From assembly GCF_947581915.1 (NCBI RefSeq), contig NZ_CANPWG010000014.1, positions 7,769 to 71,768 on the forward strand: a stretch of 64,000 nucleotides of DNA. Direction: 5' to 3'. Below are positions 26,905-35,977 of this stretch, piece by piece; the stretch's first letter is position 1, and every line of letters starts with the position of its first letter. The notes beneath the pieces are model-generated. The model was not told the DNA's origin and searched no databases. It worked only from the letters and a program-made list of their open reading frames with translations. Source of the stretch: Candidatus Palauibacter scopulicola (GTDB taxonomy: Bacteria; Gemmatimonadota; Gemmatimonadetes; Palauibacterales; Palauibacteraceae). A program made the translations under genes and the position numbers.

Positions 26905-27621
26905 ATGCCCGAAGCTCCGAGTCCGATCGCGGCGGCGTATGCCGTGCTGCTCCTGATCGGCATGCCGGCCCTCGCCGCCCTCGATGCCCGTCGCGGGGCG
27001 GATCTCGCCGCGGCGTCGAAACACCGCCGGCTGCTGTATGTGTCGGTCGGAGCCTCGCTTGTCATCCTGGGCTTGGTGACGCTCGGCGTCGCGGCGTGGC
27101 AGGACGTGCCCGCTTCCGCGCTCGGCTGGAAGGTCGATGCGCCGGCCGCCTCGCTGCTCCGGGGACTCGGCGTGGCCATCGCGGGTCTGGCGCTCGCCTG
27201 GTTCATCACGGCCGCCGCCCGCCTGGCCGGGCTCCGGGAGACCGAGGCCGTGCTGCTGCTGATGCCGCGAGACGCCGGGGAGAAGCGGGCCTTTCTCATG
27301 CTCTCGGCGATTGCCGCGGTATGCGAGGAGTACGCCTACCGGGGGTTCGCCCTGTGGGCCATCTCGGCGTGGATCGGGAGCCCCTGGTTGGCCGCCGCCC
27401 TCGTTTCAGTTTCGTTCGGTCTCGGACACGGATACCAGAAGCTGGCCGGCGTCATCCGGGCGACCGCGCTCGGCATCGTGCTCGCGGCGAGCGTCATCTG
27501 GACGGAGAGCCTGTTCCCCGCCATTGTCGGGCACTTCTGGATCAACGCGGCGATCGGGCTGGGAGGCTGGCGCTACTTCCACACAGGCTCCGATGCCGCC
27601 GAACCCGGGGCCCCGGAATGA
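26905..27621 (+). CDS. CPBP-family (CAAX) intramembrane metalloprotease
   Basis: Motifs EEYAYRGF (E-E-x3-R), FGLGHG and HFWINA across predicted TM helices. Start ATG 26905 within ORF 26644..27621. Confidence 0.75.
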   Translation: MPEAPSPIAAAYAVLLLIGMPALAALDARRGADLAAASKHRRLLYVSVGASLVILGLVTLGVAAWQDVPASALGWKVDAPAASLLRGLGVAIAGLALAWFITAAARLAGLRETEAVLLLMPRDAGEKRAFLMLSAIAAVCEEYAYRGFALWAISAWIGSPWLAAALVSVSFGLGHGYQKLAGVIRATALGIVLAASVIWTESLFPAIVGHFWINAAIGLGGWRYFHTGSDAAEPGAPE

Positions 27622-27655
27622 CAGGCGCCGGCAGGTGGAAGACAAGGAGAAGCGA

Positions 27656-28720
27656 ATGATCGCGAGAATGTGCGCGCGAACGGTCGTCGTGCTTGGCCTG
27701 GCCATTCCGGCGGGAATGGCGGCGCAGGAGGCCTCCCCGATCGAGGTCGGGGGGCTGCTGCGGGCCGGAGCCCGGGCGCATTCGGACTCCACCCTCGGCG
27801 GGCAGGGGTTCCGGCTCTTCGAATCCCGCCTCAAGGTGGAGGGCGCCGTCGGGCTCGTCTTCGACTACAAGTTCGTTGTCCGCTACGACGCGGGGCGGGA
27901 CACGTACCGGATCCACGACGCGGTGGTCACGATGCCGGTGATTCCGGAATTCGAACTCAGCATCGGCATGTTCAAGCCCTACTTCGGCTATGAAGCCACC
28001 GTGTCGCGCAGCGACATCACGTTTGTGGAGCGTTCGCAGGCCGCAACCGCCCTCAGGCCGGACCGGCAGATCGGCGTGCAGGCGGGCGGGCAGGCGCTCG
28101 AGGGCCGGTTCACCTACGGGGCCGGCCTCTACAACGGCAACGGCCGGTCCGTCACGAACGACGGCGACAACTACATGTTCGCCGGGCGCGTGCAGTACAA
28201 CTCGATCGGCACGATCGCCTTCTACGACGACCTCGTCGTGCAGGCGGGAGCTTCCCTCGCTTATTCGGAGGACACATCCGCGCCGCTCGGAAAGGGCATC
28301 GTCACCGGAGACCGATCGGCCGCTCCCGGCATCACGTCCGATTTTGCGGGCAGCCGCCTGTACTGGGGCGCGGACGTTCAGGTCTCCTACCACAGCCTGA
28401 CGCTGACGGGCGAGTACCTGCGGGCGGACTTCGATCTCGATGCGCCGCTCAGCGGGAGCGCGCCGGCCGAGACGGAGGCCTACGGCGGCTGGGTGCAGTT
28501 CGGCTATCGGCCCTGGGGACTGCTCGAGGCCGTCGTGCGGTACGATGGATTCCGGCCGGCTCTGGGCGCCGACCGGAAGTTCATGGTGTTCGGACTGAAC
28601 TTGTATCCGGACGGCTACGCGAGGTTCGGGCTGCAGTACGCAAGCGCCCTCGACGACTCCCCCCACGCGCCGACGCTGTCCGATGGCCAGTTTCAGTTCC
28701 TCGCCCAGGTCGACTTCTGA
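27656..28720 (+). CDS. outer-membrane porin of the phosphate-selective porin O/P (OprO/OprP-like) family
   Basis: Signal peptide (VVLGLAIPAGMAAQEA). Amphipathic beta-strand pattern ending in ...FQFLAQVDF (C-terminal Phe). RBS AAGGAGAAG 6 nt upstream of ATG 27656. Family call from overall similarity to porin O/P. Confidence 0.6.
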   Translation: MIARMCARTVVVLGLAIPAGMAAQEASPIEVGGLLRAGARAHSDSTLGGQGFRLFESRLKVEGAVGLVFDYKFVVRYDAGRDTYRIHDAVVTMPVIPEFELSIGMFKPYFGYEATVSRSDITFVERSQAATALRPDRQIGVQAGGQALEGRFTYGAGLYNGNGRSVTNDGDNYMFAGRVQYNSIGTIAFYDDLVVQAGASLAYSEDTSAPLGKGIVTGDRSAAPGITSDFAGSRLYWGADVQVSYHSLTLTGEYLRADFDLDAPLSGSAPAETEAYGGWVQFGYRPWGLLEAVVRYDGFRPALGADRKFMVFGLNLYPDGYARFGLQYASALDDSPHAPTLSDGQFQFLAQVDF

Positions 28721-28763
28721 ACCCGTAGCGAGCAGGCGAGGTCCGGGCGGCGTGTACGCGGGA

Positions 28764-29507
28764 ATGACGGTGGGCGCGGTCGTGCCGGCGAGGGACGAGG
28801 AGCGGAATATCGGCGGTGTCGTCGCCGACCTGCTGGCGCTGCGCGATGATGCCGGCCAGCGCGTGGTCGACGATTTTGTGGTCTGCGACAACGGGTCGAC
28901 GGACGCGACCGCGACCCGCGCGCGCGAGGCCGGGGCGCGGACCGTCCGGCAGGACACGCCGGGCTACGGGCTGGCCTGCCTGACCGCCCTCGCGCACCTG
29001 CACCCCGTCGACATCGTGCTGTTCACGGATGGCGACCGGTCGTTCGAGGCGGCGCAGGGAGTCCGGCTGCTCGAAGCCGTCGCCGCCGGGGCCGATCTGG
29101 CCATCGGGTCGCGCGCGCTGGGCCGGAGGGAGCCGGGCGCCCTGTCCGCGCCCCAGATCGCGGGGAACCGGGTGGCCGCGCTGCTCATACGTCTTCTGTG
29201 GGGGGCGGCGGTGACCGACCTCGGTCCCTACCGCGCCATGCGGGCCGAGGCGCTGCGCCGCATCGACATGCGCGACCGCACGTACGGCTGGACCGTGGAG
29301 ATGCAGGTCAAGGCCATCCAGCACGGTCTGCGGGTCGTCGAAGTGCCCGTGGACACCTTGCGGCGCCGTTTCGGCCGGTCGAAGGTGGGAGGCACGGTTC
29401 GGGGAGTCGTCGGCGCCAGCGCCGGCATCCTCTCGATGATCGCGCGGCTCCGCTGGCGGCAGTGGCGCGCCGCCCGCTCCACCCGGCCGCAGGAGGCAGG
29501 AGAATGA
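28764..29507 (+). CDS. GT2-family glycosyltransferase (DPM1 / polyprenyl-phosphate glycosyltransferase-like, soluble)
   Basis: VVPARDEERNIGGVV ... VVCDNGSTDATA ... FTDGDRS (GT-A DxD region). About 250 aa, the size of polyprenyl-phosphate sugar synthases. Confidence 0.7.
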   Translation: MTVGAVVPARDEERNIGGVVADLLALRDDAGQRVVDDFVVCDNGSTDATATRAREAGARTVRQDTPGYGLACLTALAHLHPVDIVLFTDGDRSFEAAQGVRLLEAVAAGADLAIGSRALGRREPGALSAPQIAGNRVAALLIRLLWGAAVTDLGPYRAMRAEALRRIDMRDRTYGWTVEMQVKAIQHGLRVVEVPVDTLRRRFGRSKVGGTVRGVVGASAGILSMIARLRWRQWRAARSTRPQEAGE

Positions 29508-30346
29508 AAGGAATTTCGGCGCGGGTCGCCCCGTGGGCGTTGCTCGGTGTCCTGGCGCTCGGCGGGATTTCGTGCGCCGGGCCGTCCACCGACGTCGCCT
29601 GGGACGAGCATGACCCGGCCAATACCGCGCGGCTCGACCACGGCGAGTGGCAGGCGCTGCTCGACGCCTACCTGATCACCGACGACCCGTCCGGCGTCAC
29701 CCTGGTCGACTACGCGAAGCTGCGGGCGAACACCGCCGACCGGGCGCGCCTGGCCGGCTACATCGACTACCTGCAGGGACTGGATCCGCGGCAGTACGCG
29801 AAGGACGTGCAGATGGCGTACTGGATCAACCTCTACAACGCCGTGACCCTGCGGGTCGTCGTGGACGAGTATCCCGTCGCGTCGATCAAGGACATCCACG
29901 AGGGCCTGATTCCCGGCACGGGCCCGTGGCGCGACATCCACGCGAGCGTGGCCGGGCACCCTCTCACGCTGGACAACATCGAGCACGACATCCTGCGCCC
30001 CATCTGGCGGGACGCCCGGATCCACTACGGCGTGAACTGCGCCAGCATCGGCTGTCCGAATCTGGCCCCGGAGCCCTACACCGCGGAGAACCTGGAGCGA
30101 CTCCTGGATCAGGCCGCGCGGGACTACGTGAATCACCCGAGAGGCGTGACGCTCCGCGACCAGGCGTCCGCTGTCGTCTCCAGCATCTACTTCTGGTATC
30201 AGGAGGACTTCGGGGATTCCGAGGCGGGCGTGCTCGAACACCTTCGGAAGTACGCCGAGGGGGATCTGGCGGAGCGGCTTCGGGATTTCGACGGGTCTCT
30301 CGACCACGACTACGACTGGAGCCTGAACGCGCCGGACGTTCCGTGA
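29504..30346 (+). CDS. DUF547-family lipoprotein
   Basis: Lipobox LALGGISCAG. The ATG overlaps the GT2 stop (ATGA). RBS CAGGAGGCAGGAG. Conserved AYWINLYNA...HYGVNCASIGCP (DUF547 core). Confidence 0.65.
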   Translation: MKGISARVAPWALLGVLALGGISCAGPSTDVAWDEHDPANTARLDHGEWQALLDAYLITDDPSGVTLVDYAKLRANTADRARLAGYIDYLQGLDPRQYAKDVQMAYWINLYNAVTLRVVVDEYPVASIKDIHEGLIPGTGPWRDIHASVAGHPLTLDNIEHDILRPIWRDARIHYGVNCASIGCPNLAPEPYTAENLERLLDQAARDYVNHPRGVTLRDQASAVVSSIYFWYQEDFGDSEAGVLEHLRKYAEGDLAERLRDFDGSLDHDYDWSLNAPDVP

Positions 30347-30383
30347 CGCGACCCCGGGTCCGCCCAACCCGTCGAGCCATGAC

Positions 30384-30423
30384 AAACGCCGCGGGGATCC
30401 GGTCGGGACCCGCCGCGGCGTTT
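30384..30423. terminator. bidirectional intrinsic terminator: 11-bp perfect GC-rich stem AAACGCCGCGG / CCGCGGCGTTT with a short T tract; serves the + operon ending at 30346 and the tRNA-Glu on the - strand
   Basis: Read directly. Confidence 0.6.
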
Positions 30424-30425
30424 CA

Positions 30426-30498
30426 TACCCCCTAGGGGAATCGAACCCCTGTCTCCTGGCTGAGAACCAGGTATCCTGGGCCACTAGACGAAGGGGGC
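30426..30498 (-). tRNA. tRNA-Glu (anticodon CTC), CCA not encoded
   Basis: The reverse complement GCCCCCTTCGTCTAGTGGCCCAGGATACCTGGTTCTCAGCCAGGAGACAGGGGTTCGATTCCCCTAGGGGGTA folds as a cloverleaf. Anticodon stem CCTGG/CCAGG, loop TTCTCAG; T-arm AGGGG-TTCGATT-CCCCT. Near-identical in layout to E. coli tRNA-Glu. Confidence 0.85.
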
Positions 30499-30515
30499 CG
30501 GAGTTGGGAAGCGAT

Positions 30516-30543
30516 ATTCTAGTCGGACTGGAAGGCGTGTCAA
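30516..30543 (-). promoter_or_regulatory. sigma70-like promoter for tRNA-Glu: TTGACA -N16- TAGAAT on the minus strand
   Basis: The reverse complement of 30516-30543 reads TTGACAcgccttccagtccgacTAGAAT. The tRNA 5' end lies about 17 nt downstream. Confidence 0.55.
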
Positions 30544-30547
30544 GATT

Positions 30548-31012
30548 ATGAGATGGGAACACCTGCACATCATCATGCACTCCTTCCCCATCGTCCTCGC
30601 CGCGAGCGGGAGCGCCGTCGGCCTCTACGGGTGGGCGCGCGACCGCGAGCCGCTCGAGCTGTGGGGGCTCGTGGCCCTCGTCATCGCCGGCGCCTTCGTG
30701 GCGCCCGCCTACCTGACCGGTCTCGCCGCCGCCGATGTCGTCGCGGACCGCACCTTCGTGCGACCCGGCATCGTCCAGACCCACCGCTTCTGGGCCACGT
30801 GGGCGGCGGTCCCCGCCTTCACCGCCGGCGCGCTCGCCGCCTTCGCGCTGCACGAGCGCGACGACCGCCGGCTGCGGCGCTTCGTCCTCCTGCTGGGCCT
30901 GTTCGCGACCTTCATGATCGGCATCGCCGCCTGGCAGGGCTCGAAGATCGTCCACGGCCCGAACGAAACCGCCGCCGCGGGCGTATCCGCCACGACCGTT
31001 CACGGCGGTTAG
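30548..31012 (+). CDS. small integral membrane protein (4 TM helices), hypothetical
   Basis: ORF with high GC3 and four hydrophobic segments. Confidence 0.5.
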   Translation: MRWEHLHIIMHSFPIVLAASGSAVGLYGWARDREPLELWGLVALVIAGAFVAPAYLTGLAAADVVADRTFVRPGIVQTHRFWATWAAVPAFTAGALAAFALHERDDRRLRRFVLLLGLFATFMIGIAAWQGSKIVHGPNETAAAGVSATTVHGG

Positions 31013-31050
31013 CCGTCCGCGCGCGTAGCGTCCGGCCGGCTAGTGACGTG

Positions 31051-31227
31051 TCACGCCGGACTAGTGGGTGGCGTTCTCCAGGAGCACGACGAGACCGTAG
31101 AAGATGAAGGCCGCGGCCAGCATGGCGGTGGTCTGAAGGATGCGTTCCCGGAGGGACATCCGCGCGAGCTGTCCGAGCAGCAGGGCGACGACGACCGTGC
31201 AGAGCAGCAGGATTCCCAGAATCATAC
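31051..31227 (-). CDS. small membrane protein (58 aa, 2 TM), hypothetical; not in the ORF track
   Basis: My own translation: MSMILGILLLCTVVVALLLGQLARMSLRERILQTTAMLAAAFIFYGLVVLLENATH. High GC3. Downstream of lipB. Confidence 0.35.
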
Positions 31228-31365
31228 TCATCTTCGCAAGCCATCCTTGTGCGGCGGTTCAGCGACGGACATCGGGTCACCCTTATCGGGTGGGAGACGG
31301 GCCACAAGGTCGGCCCCAGGCCGCGTTTCGGCAACGTTCGCCGCCGGCGCGTTCCCGCGGGAACG

Positions 31366-32145
31366 TCAGATGCGCAGGCCGGCTGCCGGCACCGGTGACA
31401 GCGCGAGGCTCGGGAACGCGGCGGGGAAGGCGCGCACGACGGCTTCGCCGGCCTCTTCCAGGGTGAGGGAGGCGCCCTCGGAGGCGAGGCTCGTCATGCG
31501 GACGCCCTGGATGCCGCACGCCACGATGCCGCGGAAGTTCATGAGAGGCTCGGGCGTCACGTTGAGCGCGAAGCCGTGGGATGTGATCCAGCGGCTCGCA
31601 TGCACGCCGATCGAAGCGACCTTGCGAATCGCGCCGGCCCCGATGAGGGCGTCCGCGCGTCCGGCGACGACCGTTCCGAAGCCGTCGTCCTCACCCGTGT
31701 CGAGGCTCCCGGCGGGTGGAGAACCCGTCCACACTCCGGTGTACGACTCGACCCGGAACGCGGGGAGGCCGCGCTCCGCGAGGACGCGCAGCAGCACCTC
31801 CTCGATGCGGCGCAGGTACCAGTGGAGGTCCTTCCGGTGCGCCCGGAGGTCCAGGATCGGGTAGCCCACGAGCTGGCCGGGGCCATGATAGGTGAGGTCG
31901 CCGCCGCGCTCGATCTCGACCAGGTCCAGCCCCGCCTCGGCGAGCCATGCCGGGTCGGGGGGCGTGACGTCGTCCCTCGATCCCCGCCCGAAGGTGATCA
32001 CCGGCAGGTGTTCGACGAGGAGCAGGAGGTCGTGATCCGGCGGAGAGTTCCGCCGCCAGCGCGCGATCGAGCGCTGAAGCTCGAGCACCTCCCGGTACTC
32101 GCGGCGGCCGAGGTCGACCACCCGGAGTTGCCGCTCGCCGCTCAC
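31366..32145 (-). CDS. lipB: lipoyl(octanoyl) transferase LipB
   Basis: The C-terminal part of the spurious 1181-aa ORF translates to ...LLLLVEHLPVITFGRG...DLVEIERGGDLTYHGPGQLVGYPILDLR... (LipB signature RGG-x-TYHGPGQ). The GTG start overlaps the lpd stop (GTGA). Confidence 0.8.
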   Translation of the reverse strand: MSGERQLRVVDLGRREYREVLELQRSIARWRRNSPPDHDLLLLVEHLPVITFGRGSRDDVTPPDPAWLAEAGLDLVEIERGGDLTYHGPGQLVGYPILDLRAHRKDLHWYLRRIEEVLLRVLAERGLPAFRVESYTGVWTGSPPAGSLDTGEDDGFGTVVAGRADALIGAGAIRKVASIGVHASRWITSHGFALNVTPEPLMNFRGIVACGIQGVRMTSLASEGASLTLEEAGEAVVRAFPAAFPSLALSPVPAAGLRI

Positions 32146-33554
32146 ATGTGGATCGAGCGCCCGAGCGCGGCGAACGCGGCCTCCATCACGGCCTCGGCCA
32201 TGCTGGGGTGTGCGTGCGCGTGACGCACGAGCTCGTCCAGCGTGGCTTCCAGTTCGCGCGCCATGCCGACCTCCGCCACGAGCTCGCTCACGTTGTGTCC
32301 GATCATGTGGACGCCCAGCACTTCGCCGTACTTGGCGTCCGCCACGATCTTCACGAAGCCGTCCGCGGACTCGGCGGTCAGCGCGCGCCCGTGCGCGCCG
32401 AGCGGGTACTTGCCGGTGACGACCTCGTGGCCCGCCTCCTCGGCCTGCGCCGCGGACATGCCGATCGAGGCGACCTCGGGGTGGCAGTATCCGACGGAGG
32501 GGATGTTCCCGTACTCCATCGGGTGCTGGGCCACGCCCGCGATATGCTCGGCGGCGACGATGCCTTCGTGCGATCCGACGTGCGCCAGCATCGGCTGCCC
32601 GGCCACGTCCCCGATCGCGTAGACGCCGGGCTGGCTCGTGCGGCACCACTCGTCGATCCGGATGAAACCGTCCTCCACGGCGACCCCGTTCTTCTCGAGG
32701 CCGAGGTTCTCGCTCACGGGCCGCCGACCGACGGCCATGAGCACGAGATCCGTCTCCTCGGCGGTCTCGCTGCCGTCCGGATTCACGACCGTGAGGACCA
32801 TCGGGCTCGCGTCGCGGTCCAGGTGCTTGACGCGGGTATTCGTGAGATTGCGGATGCCCCGCTTCCTGAACGAGCGTTCGAGCGCGTTTCCGATCTCCGG
32901 GTCCTCGAGCGGCACGAGCGTGTCGAGCGCCTCGATGAGCGTGACGTCCACGCCGAAGGCGTTGAAGACATCGGCGAACTCGACCCCCACGAATCCGGCT
33001 CCGACGATCGCCATCGTCGCCGGGAGTTCCTGGAGACCGAGCGCTTCCCGGCTGCCGATCACCTTCTCGCCGTCGAGTTCGAAGCCGGGGAAGGTGTTCA
33101 TCACGGAACCCGTTGCGAACACGACGTTCCGGGTCGCGATCTCGCGCGTGTCGCCGTCCTCCGTTTCGACCGCGACGCGACCCGTCCCCGCCAGCCGGCC
33201 GCGGCCCTGCACGATGTCGACCTTGTTCTTCCCGAGGAGGTATTTCACGCCGGCCGTGAGTTTCCGGGTGATGATGCGGCTCCGCTTCACGGCCGCGGAG
33301 AAGTCGTACTCCACCTCGACCGGCTTCACGCCCATGCGGGCGCCGTGGTGCTGCAGGTTGTGCGCGAGCGCGGCGCTCTCGAGCAGCGCCTTGGCGGGGA
33401 TGCAGCCCCAGTTGAGGCAGGTGCCGCCGAGGCCGCCCTCGTACGACCCGCTCTCGACGCAGGCGGTCCGGAGGCCGAGTTGCGCGGCCCGGATCGCACA
33501 TACGTAGCCGGCCGGTCCGGCCCCGACTACGACGACGTCGTATGTCTCCGACAT
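32142..33554 (-). CDS. lpd: dihydrolipoyl dehydrogenase (E3)
   Basis: FAD site DVVVVGAGPAGY. Redox disulfide GGTCLNWGCIPAKALL. C-terminal HAHPSMAEA dimerisation motif. Confidence 0.9.
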   Translation of the reverse strand: MSETYDVVVVGAGPAGYVCAIRAAQLGLRTACVESGSYEGGLGGTCLNWGCIPAKALLESAALAHNLQHHGARMGVKPVEVEYDFSAAVKRSRIITRKLTAGVKYLLGKNKVDIVQGRGRLAGTGRVAVETEDGDTREIATRNVVFATGSVMNTFPGFELDGEKVIGSREALGLQELPATMAIVGAGFVGVEFADVFNAFGVDVTLIEALDTLVPLEDPEIGNALERSFRKRGIRNLTNTRVKHLDRDASPMVLTVVNPDGSETAEETDLVLMAVGRRPVSENLGLEKNGVAVEDGFIRIDEWCRTSQPGVYAIGDVAGQPMLAHVGSHEGIVAAEHIAGVAQHPMEYGNIPSVGYCHPEVASIGMSAAQAEEAGHEVVTGKYPLGAHGRALTAESADGFVKIVADAKYGEVLGVHMIGHNVSELVAEVGMARELEATLDELVRHAHAHPSMAEAVMEAAFAALGRSIHM

Positions 33555-33605
33555 CTATCCCTTCACTCTCTGGTTTTCGGTTCTCCGGAAGTCCGACGGT
33601 CCGCG

Positions 33606-34973
33606 CTAGAGGATCATCTCGAGGGGGTTCTCGAGCATCGCCTTGAAGGCGCCGAGGAACGCCGCGCCCGTGGCGCCGTCGATGACGCGGTGGTCGCAGG
33701 ACATGGTCACGCGCATGCGCTTGCGGACGACGACCTGGCCGTCCACCGCGACGGGCTTCTCGACCGTCTGGCCGATGGCGAGGATGCCGGCTTCCGGTGG
33801 GTTGATGATCGCCGTGAACTCGTCGATCTCGAACATGCCGAGGTTGCTGACGGAGAACGTCCCGCCCTGGTACTCCTCCGGCGCGAGCTTCCGCGCCCGC
33901 GCCCGGGCGATGAGGTCCCGCGCCTCGGCCGAGATCTGCCGCAGCCCCTTCCGGCCCGCATCGCGCAGCACCGGCGTGATCAAGCCTTCGTCGAGCGCCA
34001 CGGCGATGCCGAGGTGGACCGCGCCGTGGTAGCGGATCGCGTTCTCCTCCCACGACGCGTTGACCGCCGGGTGGCGATTCAGCGCCTCCGCCGTCGCCTT
34101 CAGGAGCAGATCCGTCACCCCGATCTTGCCGTCCGCGAAGCGCGCGTTGAGGTCCGCGCGCAGCTCGAGCGCGCGGCCCATGTCGACCTCGGTCGTGAGG
34201 AAGAAATGGGGGACGGGCCCGATCGACTGGCCGAGCCGGCGCGCGATCGCCTTCCGCATCTGGCTCGCCTCCTCGACGCGGTCTTCCAGCCCGGGAGGGA
34301 GCGGCGCGGGCGGGGGCTGGCCGGGGGCGGCCGGAGACGGCGTGGGCGCGGGGGCCGTGGGCGTGGGCCCCGGGACCGGCGCGACGCTTGGGGCGCCGCG
34401 GGCCAGCGCGGCCTCGATGTCGGCCTTGACGATCCGGCCGCCCGGCCCGGATCCGGCGAGGCCGGCCAGCGCGATCCCGCTCTCCGCGGCCATCCGCCGC
34501 GCGACGGGCGAGGCCTTGATGCGCCCCCCGGCCGCCGCGGCCGGGTCTCCGGGCGCCGCACCCGCCGCGACCTCGACCGGCGCTGCGGCTTCGGGCGCCG
34601 CGGGTTCCGGCGCCACGGGTTCCGCCACCGCGGCTTCCGCCGCCACGGCAGGCGCGGCGGGCTCGCCGGCGGGGCCTTCCGCCGCCCCGTCGCCGACCGC
34701 CGCCGCCTCGGCGAGCAGTTCGTCGATCGCCTCGTCCGGCTCCGCGATCACGCCGATGAGCGCGCCCACCGGCACCGTGGCGCCCTCCTGCACGACGATC
34801 TTGCGCAGCACGCCGCCGCCGAGCGCCTCGACATCCATGTTCGCCTTGTCGGTCTCGATCTCCGCGACGACATCGCCCTGCGCCACGGCATCGCCCTCGG
34901 CGACCTTCCACTCGATGAGCTTGCCCTCCTCCATCGTCGGGCTCAGCTGCGCCATCACGACTCTCGTTGGCAT
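33606..34973 (-). CDS. dihydrolipoamide acetyltransferase (E2) of the pyruvate dehydrogenase complex
   Basis: Lipoyl domain ...AEIETDKANMDVE.... Ala/Pro-rich linkers. Catalytic C-terminus ...MSCDHRVIDGATGAAFL.... Start at MPTRVVMAQ (34971-34973). Confidence 0.85.
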   Translation of the reverse strand: MPTRVVMAQLSPTMEEGKLIEWKVAEGDAVAQGDVVAEIETDKANMDVEALGGGVLRKIVVQEGATVPVGALIGVIAEPDEAIDELLAEAAAVGDGAAEGPAGEPAAPAVAAEAAVAEPVAPEPAAPEAAAPVEVAAGAAPGDPAAAAGGRIKASPVARRMAAESGIALAGLAGSGPGGRIVKADIEAALARGAPSVAPVPGPTPTAPAPTPSPAAPGQPPPAPLPPGLEDRVEEASQMRKAIARRLGQSIGPVPHFFLTTEVDMGRALELRADLNARFADGKIGVTDLLLKATAEALNRHPAVNASWEENAIRYHGAVHLGIAVALDEGLITPVLRDAGRKGLRQISAEARDLIARARARKLAPEEYQGGTFSVSNLGMFEIDEFTAIINPPEAGILAIGQTVEKPVAVDGQVVVRKRMRVTMSCDHRVIDGATGAAFLGAFKAMLENPLEMIL

Positions 34974-34993
34974 ATCGGTCGGCGTCCGGTCTG

Positions 34994-35977
34994 CTAGTCC
35001 GCGTAGCACACGTGGCGCACCGCCGCCGCCACGTGGTCCGCGTTGGGGGTTACGAGCTTCTCCAGGTTCTTCGCGTAGGGCATGGGCACGTCCAGCCCGT
35101 TCACGCGCGCCACCGGGGCGTCCAGCGAGTCGAACGCCTCGCGCTGGATGTCGTCCACGACCTGGGCTCCGATGTTGCACATCGGCCACCCCTCCTCCGC
35201 GACCACGGCCCGGTTCGTCTTCTTCACCGACGCCACGACCGCGTCCACGTCCAGCGGACGCACCGTGCGCAGGTCCAGCACCTCGACGTCGATCTCTTCC
35301 TTCTCCAGCGTGCGGGCCGCCGCGAGCGCCTGGTGTACCATCTTCGAGTGGCACACGACGGTCACGTCCGACCCCTCCCGCTTCACCTCGGCCTTGCCGA
35401 TCGGCGTCAGGTACTCCTCCTCCGGCACTTCATCCCGGACGAGGTTGTACATGATCTCGCTCTCGATGAAGACCACGGGGTCGTTGTCGCGGATCGCGCT
35501 CTTGAGGAGTCCCTTCGCGTCCTTCGCCGTGGCGGGCGCGATCACCTTCAGCCCGGGCACGTAGCTGTACCAGGGCTCCGGCGACTGCGAGTGCTGCGCC
35601 GCGAGCTGGAGCGCCGCACCGCCCGGTCCCCGGAAGACGATGGGGACGTTGTACTGTCCGCCCGACATCTGGAACATCTTCGCCGCCGCGTTCACGACCT
35701 CGTCGATCGCGAGCAGGGCGAAGTTCCACGTCATGAACTCGACGATCGGCCGCAGCCCCGCCATCGCCGCGCCCACGCCGAGCCCCGCGAACCCCAACTC
35801 GGCGATCGGAGCGTCCCGCACGCGCCACTCCCCGAACTGGTCGAGCAGGCCCTTCGTGACCTTGTAGGCGCCGTCGTACTCGCCCACCTCTTCGCCGATG
35901 ATGAAGGTCGAGTCGTCGCGCTCCATCTCTTCGCGGAGGGCGTCGTTCAGCGCTTCCCGATACGTGAGGACGGCCAT
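34994..35977 (-). CDS. pdhB: pyruvate dehydrogenase E1 beta subunit
   Basis: MAVLTYREALNDALREEMERD...GEEVGEYDGAYKVTKGL (transketolase-like pyrimidine-binding domain). The start shares one nt with the pdhA stop (TGATG). Confidence 0.85.
   Translation of the reverse strand: MAVLTYREALNDALREEMERDDSTFIIGEEVGEYDGAYKVTKGLLDQFGEWRVRDAPIAELGFAGLGVGAAMAGLRPIVEFMTWNFALLAIDEVVNAAAKMFQMSGGQYNVPIVFRGPGGAALQLAAQHSQSPEPWYSYVPGLKVIAPATAKDAKGLLKSAIRDNDPVVFIESEIMYNLVRDEVPEEEYLTPIGKAEVKREGSDVTVVCHSKMVHQALAAARTLEKEEIDVEVLDLRTVRPLDVDAVVASVKKTNRAVVAEEGWPMCNIGAQVVDDIQREAFDSLDAPVARVNGLDVPMPYAKNLEKLVTPNADHVAAAVRHVCYAD

Noticed and set aside
31366-34911. 1181-aa minus-strand ORF
   Set aside because: Only its C-terminal about 260 codons (LipB) are real. 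The rest is an out-of-frame read-through across lpd and E2 on the same strand, with an RGG-repeat translation.
32148-34997. 949-aa + ORF
   Set aside because: Antisense to the lpd and E2 genes.
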